Assembly: GCF_009914755.1 (NCBI RefSeq)
Contig: NC_060934.1
DNA length: 64,000 bases
Origin: the human T2T-CHM13v2.0 reference genome, Homo sapiens
Direction: 5' to 3' (one strand)
Shown piece after piece: positions 60,189-64,000 of the stretch (positions within the stretch are counted from its first letter, which is position 1; every line of letters begins with the position of its first letter). A program made the translations under genes and the position numbers. The notes below the pieces were generated by a model. The model was not told the DNA's origin. It was given only the letters and a program-made list of their open reading frames with translations, and searched no databases.

Positions 60189-62342
60189 AAGTCAGGGGAA
60201 AAAAAGAGCCCGGCTCTTCCCCAGGGTGTGGCAAAAAGGCAATGTGTCTTCCTGAACTTGCTCAAGGAAAAAGAAGGCCACAATCACCTTTAGTGCCCAA
60301 GGACATGAACGTTAATATCATAATTAGAACTAAAAAGAGCCAGGAAGGCAATTACCAGAATTATGGTACCATCTTCCCTTCAAATTAACTAAAATAGTGA
60401 AAAATCTAACAAGGCCTTCACTTAATTATCAGAAACTTCCTAGCCTGCCACTAGCAAGGGTAATGCTTAAGTCAGCGATGTCAGGGATTGTACAGCTTAA
60501 CCTTGACATAAACTACTTAAGTGTTGTTCAATGGACTCTACATTCACAGGCCCATTTCATGGAGTCACATAAATTTCTCCTCCCGCATTACATACCTGAG
60601 AGGTCAAACGTACCACCACAGAATCTGGATCCTAGGTCAGTTAACAAAACCTGCAAAATCTTGAAGGAATCTGTTTTCTGCATTTATCATTCAGCTCCTT
60701 AGTAACAACTGCCAAGTATTAGGAAACCAGGCGAACCACAAGCACTTTTTTATGTGTCTCCCTGAATATATTAGTCAGAAATTAAAGAAGAACTGAGAGG
60801 CTTCTGGTACTTGTGCAGTGTCATCTAAAACAATGTTAACTGTACTCATTAACACCACACGACATTTCACAAAGTATATTCGGTTGGATGTCAGTGTTAG
60901 TTAAGGGTAAGTGCTAAGAAAGCAAGCCACCACCTTATACGCTCTTCTAGCCAAGTACTCAGAAGGCCTCTGATCTTAAACACCGGGAATGAACACATTT
61001 GTTCCTGCAAAGCCAACATGTTTAAGCACAATTTACAAACCTAGTTATAATACGGTCTAAGTGTCAAACAGATAACCCTTTCATAGTCTCTGCATCCCTC
61101 ATTCCTCCCTCCCAAACAAAACCAGCCTGAATTGCCCACTGCATGCAAAAGGCTATTTTGCTTCATGCAAGTCTTACTACTTTCCATGGCTCACAATCTC
61201 CAAGAGACTAACCCTCTCATTTACTAACTCAAACCTTAAACTGCCTCCAACAACTTCCCTCTCTTCTTAACCCCCACTCAGCAAAGACATCTCTGTCAGC
61301 GAAGAAAGCTGCATAGGAGGCTTGGAAGTGGCTGCCTCTGCAAATTCCCCGCCCCCCACCTTCCTACCAAAAGGGCACTTCAAGAACTTTACCATCTCAC
61401 ATGAAAGTTGCTCCAATTCCATTCTCCAAAATTGGATTTGAGCATGAAAAGTTTCTTTTTACAATCAACTGCTATTTAGGCTACTGATCACACTTAACTT
61501 GCAACTTGCTTTCTACACAAATTAAGAATGCCATCTAGTTCTCATGTATGAGCCAGCACTGGGGGTGTACACACGCGTGCGCACACATATACACAGCCTC
61601 CTCCACCGAAGGCATTTCCTGGCACAAGGGGCATCCTAAACTTGCTCCATTTCCAAGGTGTGACCCTCTATCCCCAAATTCATCCCTTTTTCTTCATTTC
61701 AAAGTTCAGCCTAATCCGCTATTTTGCAGCAGCTATGGCCATTTATCCCCCTTGATTTCTTGACATCATCTTCTCTGCTTCTGGCTGGGGAACTTTTGAT
61801 TTGAATACAGTTGTCTGTGTGGGGATCCTGCATGTTAATGATGTGGTGAGCTGGCAGGGATGATAGGTGAGAGTACACAGTGTACTTTTTCTAGTTACGT
61901 TTCGCCTCATCACTGCTATAGGGGCCTTTCTAAACGCCTGCCACACCAGGAGAGAGACCTACAGACCCAAGCTTACCCGTTTCTGGGCAGCCTCCAGGGG
62001 ACAGGTAGAAACAGAACAGATGGCCTGTTCTCCAGTATCTAGACTCAGAAGCAAGATACTTCTAACCACTCCACGAATGAAGCAAACACACGTACCTCTG
62101 GCTCAGCCAGGGAGTCACAGTCACTACCCTTCCCCTGGTTTCGGCCCCAGCCCTGTCCAGGCGTGGATGCTGCACTCTCCTCGCTGTAAACCGTCCACCC
62201 TCCCAACCCAAAGCAAAGAGCTTCCAACAGAGGTGGGAGCATTAGCGCCGTACCCGCCCTTCCCTCTCGATCCCGGCCAGAAAACTCCACTTCCCGGATT
62301 CCCGGCCACTCTCTCCCGCCCCCTCCCCGGGCGATCCAGCTA

Positions 62343-63395
<1,053 letters not shown>

Positions 63396-64000
63396 CTAGG
63401 CCGCCCAGCAAAGCTGGCTGAAAGCTCCGGGACCCGCCCGCCGCCGTCTGGTGACCACGGGCGGGCTGGGAACGCGCAGGCACTGCGGGTGCGGGAAAGC
63501 CAAGGACTGCCCCCGCACCACCAGCTCGCCAGCCACACGTGTTCCAAGGGAGGGCCTCCGAGCCCCCTGATCTAAGCCCACGGCCGCCCAGCCTCTTCCG
63601 GGCTCGCGCCCGCCCCGAGAAAAAGGAAACCTGATGCCCCACCAGCCTCGCAGGTGCCGGGGACACGTGGAAAGGTCAGCCGGGCTCCGGCACCCATCCT
63701 CTACCGTGTTGTGGCCCCATCTTCCGCCGACTGTGTGTGCGCGTGTCTCCCTCTATCTGTTTCACACATACACGCAGTTTTATATTCTCAAAAGCAAGGT
63801 GTTTTTGACTAGGAAGGCTTGGATAAACCTAAGAGAACAAAGTTCCTCTACAAGAGGCCGAGGAGGATGAAACAACAGCAGCCACAGGTTAACCTTGTTA
63901 AGTAAGAATTTGCAGGAGAGACACACATCTCCTTTAATAACCTCATAAACCACACTGCGCTCAATTGTTTAAACAAGGTGCAACTGTTTTTTTCTTTTTC

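Overview
Primate (very likely human) genomic DNA carrying the 5' part of CCDC6 (H4/D10S170, the RET/PTC1 fusion partner) on the minus strand. It contains the CpG-island promoter and coding exon 1 (63131-62829, 101 aa, 13-Gly tract), a 54,398-nt intron 1 (62828-8431), coding exon 2 (8430-8281, 50 aa) and about 8.3 kb of intron 2. The introns hold ordinary repeats (about 20 Alus, L1/L2/MIR fragments, MaLR and ERV LTRs, MER6, Tigger3, MER53). The standout element is a 1.6-kb minisatellite in intron 1 (37739-39351). It has 71 units, each an invariant 18-nt core plus one of five G-rich spacers. It has no T on the + strand, so all six frames are open, and the pre-mRNA carries a ~1.66-kb AG-free pyrimidine-rich zone bracketed by a branch-point-like motif and a candidate poison exon. 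Other leads: an antisense Alu with a perfect 5' splice site, a recursive-splice-like YAG|GTAAG site, decoy donors behind exon 2, a strong-context in-frame CUG upstream of the AUG, a 169-bp dispersed duplication and a three-level LTR/LTR/Alu nest. No new system can be demonstrated from sequence alone; these are testable hypotheses. Repeat family names come from recognition of consensus sequences, not a database search, and repeat boundaries are approximate unless TSDs are cited.
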